64,000 nucleotides of DNA from Nitrososphaeria archaeon (GTDB taxonomy: Archaea > Thermoproteota > Nitrososphaeria > JACIWG01), in NCBI GenBank assembly GCA_050011875.1, contig JBEKIG010000015.1, positions 56,084 through 120,083 of the forward strand, read 5' to 3'. Positions 59,319 through 64,000 of this stretch are shown in pieces; within the stretch, counting starts at the first letter, position 1; each line of letters opens with the position of its first letter. The notes below the pieces were generated by a model. It was not told the origin of the DNA and did not search any database. It worked only from the letters and a program-made list of their open reading frames with translations. The position numbers and the translations under genes are program-made.

Positions 59319-60065
59319 ATGACGTTTGAAAAAGATAGTCTAATTTACTTGAATCTCACATCCAAAGTCAAAGAAACAAATGAACTTATTGAAACGACCT
59401 TGGAAGAGAAAGCAAAAGAACACAATGTTTACGATCCGACTAGGAAGTATACCAGCAGACTGGTCGCAATTGGAGAGGGATGGGTACTGGAGGGATTAGA
59501 CAGCAAATTAAAAGAAATGTCTGTTGGTGAAAAGGCGACGATGGAAATACCCCCTGAAAAGGCTTTTGGAACTTGGGATCCATCGAAGGTAAGAATTTTA
59601 CCTCTTAGAAGATTTGGAGAGAAAGCAGCTCAACTAAAGGTTGGAGACGAAATAGAATTGGATAACAAGATATGTTATGTTAAGCTTATAGGATCTGGAA
59701 GGGTTCATGTTGATTTTAATCATAAACTAGCAGGTAAAACTATCATATACGAAGTTGAGGTTCTCGAAGAACTGAAGGGAGATGAGGAGAAAGTTAAAGC
59801 GCTACTTTCCAGACGGATACCCATAGACAAAGAGAAACTCAAGTTTCTTATTCAAGAAAGCATAATAACCTTTGAACTACCAGAGGATATATACCTTGAA
59901 GAAGGATTACAAATTGTGAAAAGGGCACTTTCAAACGACATCTTTAAGTTCCTACCAGCCATAAATCAGGTTATATTCCAAGAAAACTATGAGAAACCCA
60001 AGACAGAAAAAGAACCAGAACCTCAAACTGAAAAGGAAGAAATCAAGCAAGAGACCCAAAGTTAG
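59319..60065 (+). CDS. long-type FKBP peptidyl-prolyl isomerase (SlyD-like)
   Basis: IPPEKAFG, VDFNHKLAGK, archaeal C-terminal domain. Confidence 0.92.
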   Translation: MTFEKDSLIYLNLTSKVKETNELIETTLEEKAKEHNVYDPTRKYTSRLVAIGEGWVLEGLDSKLKEMSVGEKATMEIPPEKAFGTWDPSKVRILPLRRFGEKAAQLKVGDEIELDNKICYVKLIGSGRVHVDFNHKLAGKTIIYEVEVLEELKGDEEKVKALLSRRIPIDKEKLKFLIQESIITFELPEDIYLEEGLQIVKRALSNDIFKFLPAINQVIFQENYEKPKTEKEPEPQTEKEEIKQETQS

Positions 60066-60092
60066 TCGAACCCCAAAATTTCTTGGGATAAA

Positions 60093-60121
60093 TAGTAGAC
60101 GATACATTAACACGTCTACTA
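60093..60121. terminator. hairpin between the convergent FKBP gene and rRNA operon
   Basis: TAGTAGACG / CGTCTACTA 9-bp inverted repeat. Confidence 0.4.
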
Positions 60122-60242
60122 TTTTATAGAATTACTTCTAAAAGAACAATTATAATATATACAATAGAAATAGGAAATGTATTCATAAATAAGCGTAGGA
60201 CATTTTTTATCGTGCATAGATTTTGCGGCCAGAACAGTATTC

Positions 60243-63325
<3,083 letters not shown>

Positions 63326-63328
63326 ATC

Positions 63329-63363
63329 AGGAATACTATTCTGGCTGTCGCAACTATGCACGA
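63329..63363 (-). other. 5' arm of the pre-23S processing stem with bulge-helix-bulge (partner arm at 60210-60243)
   Basis: TCGTGCATAG-TTGCG-ACA-GCCAGAATAGTATTCC pairs with GGAATACTGTTCTGGC-CGCA-AAA-TCTATGCACGA. Confidence 0.8.
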
Positions 63364-63471
63364 CAATCATTGAGGGAATATAGCCCTCTATGTCCTTCAT
63401 CCATGATCGTCTAGATCACGAATTGCATCTACGGCGTTAATCATGCTACTCGTCAGTTAACCAACATTCAA

Positions 63472-64000
<529 letters not shown>

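Overview
Archaeal chromosome segment, most likely TACK and probably a basal Nitrososphaeria/Thaumarchaeota-like lineage. This assignment is inferred from the unlinked 5S rRNA, the tRNA-free 16S-23S spacer, the Dph5-DUF357 fusion, the short L15e and the Thr-less second proteasome beta subunit. Positions 1-13 kb and 25.8-36.7 kb are accessory-rich, with sugar-catabolism, redox-stress and transport genes, gene remnants and two tyrosine-integrase fragments next to tRNA 3' ends. Positions 14-25.5 kb and 36.8-60 kb are conserved housekeeping genes for translation, RNA processing, proteasome, lipid and cofactor synthesis. The window also holds 10 tRNAs (two with introns), SRP RNA, 5S rRNA, the whole 23S and the 3' part of the 16S. 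The best hidden signal is an unannotated two-motif H/ACA-type guide RNA at about 18095-18262 (minus strand). Its two pockets match the peptidyl-transferase region and helix 69 of the 23S rRNA in this same window, and each sits 14 nt from an ACA box. Also notable are a tRNA-Ala(UGC) with a non-canonical 33/34 intron, a tRNA-Trp intron carrying a C/D-like self-guide, a MITE-like palindrome with a cluster of 17-bp palindromic sites, and a wHTH-fused FAD synthase facing a wHTH-fused riboflavin kinase. All product calls come from motif recognition by eye; no database searches were run.
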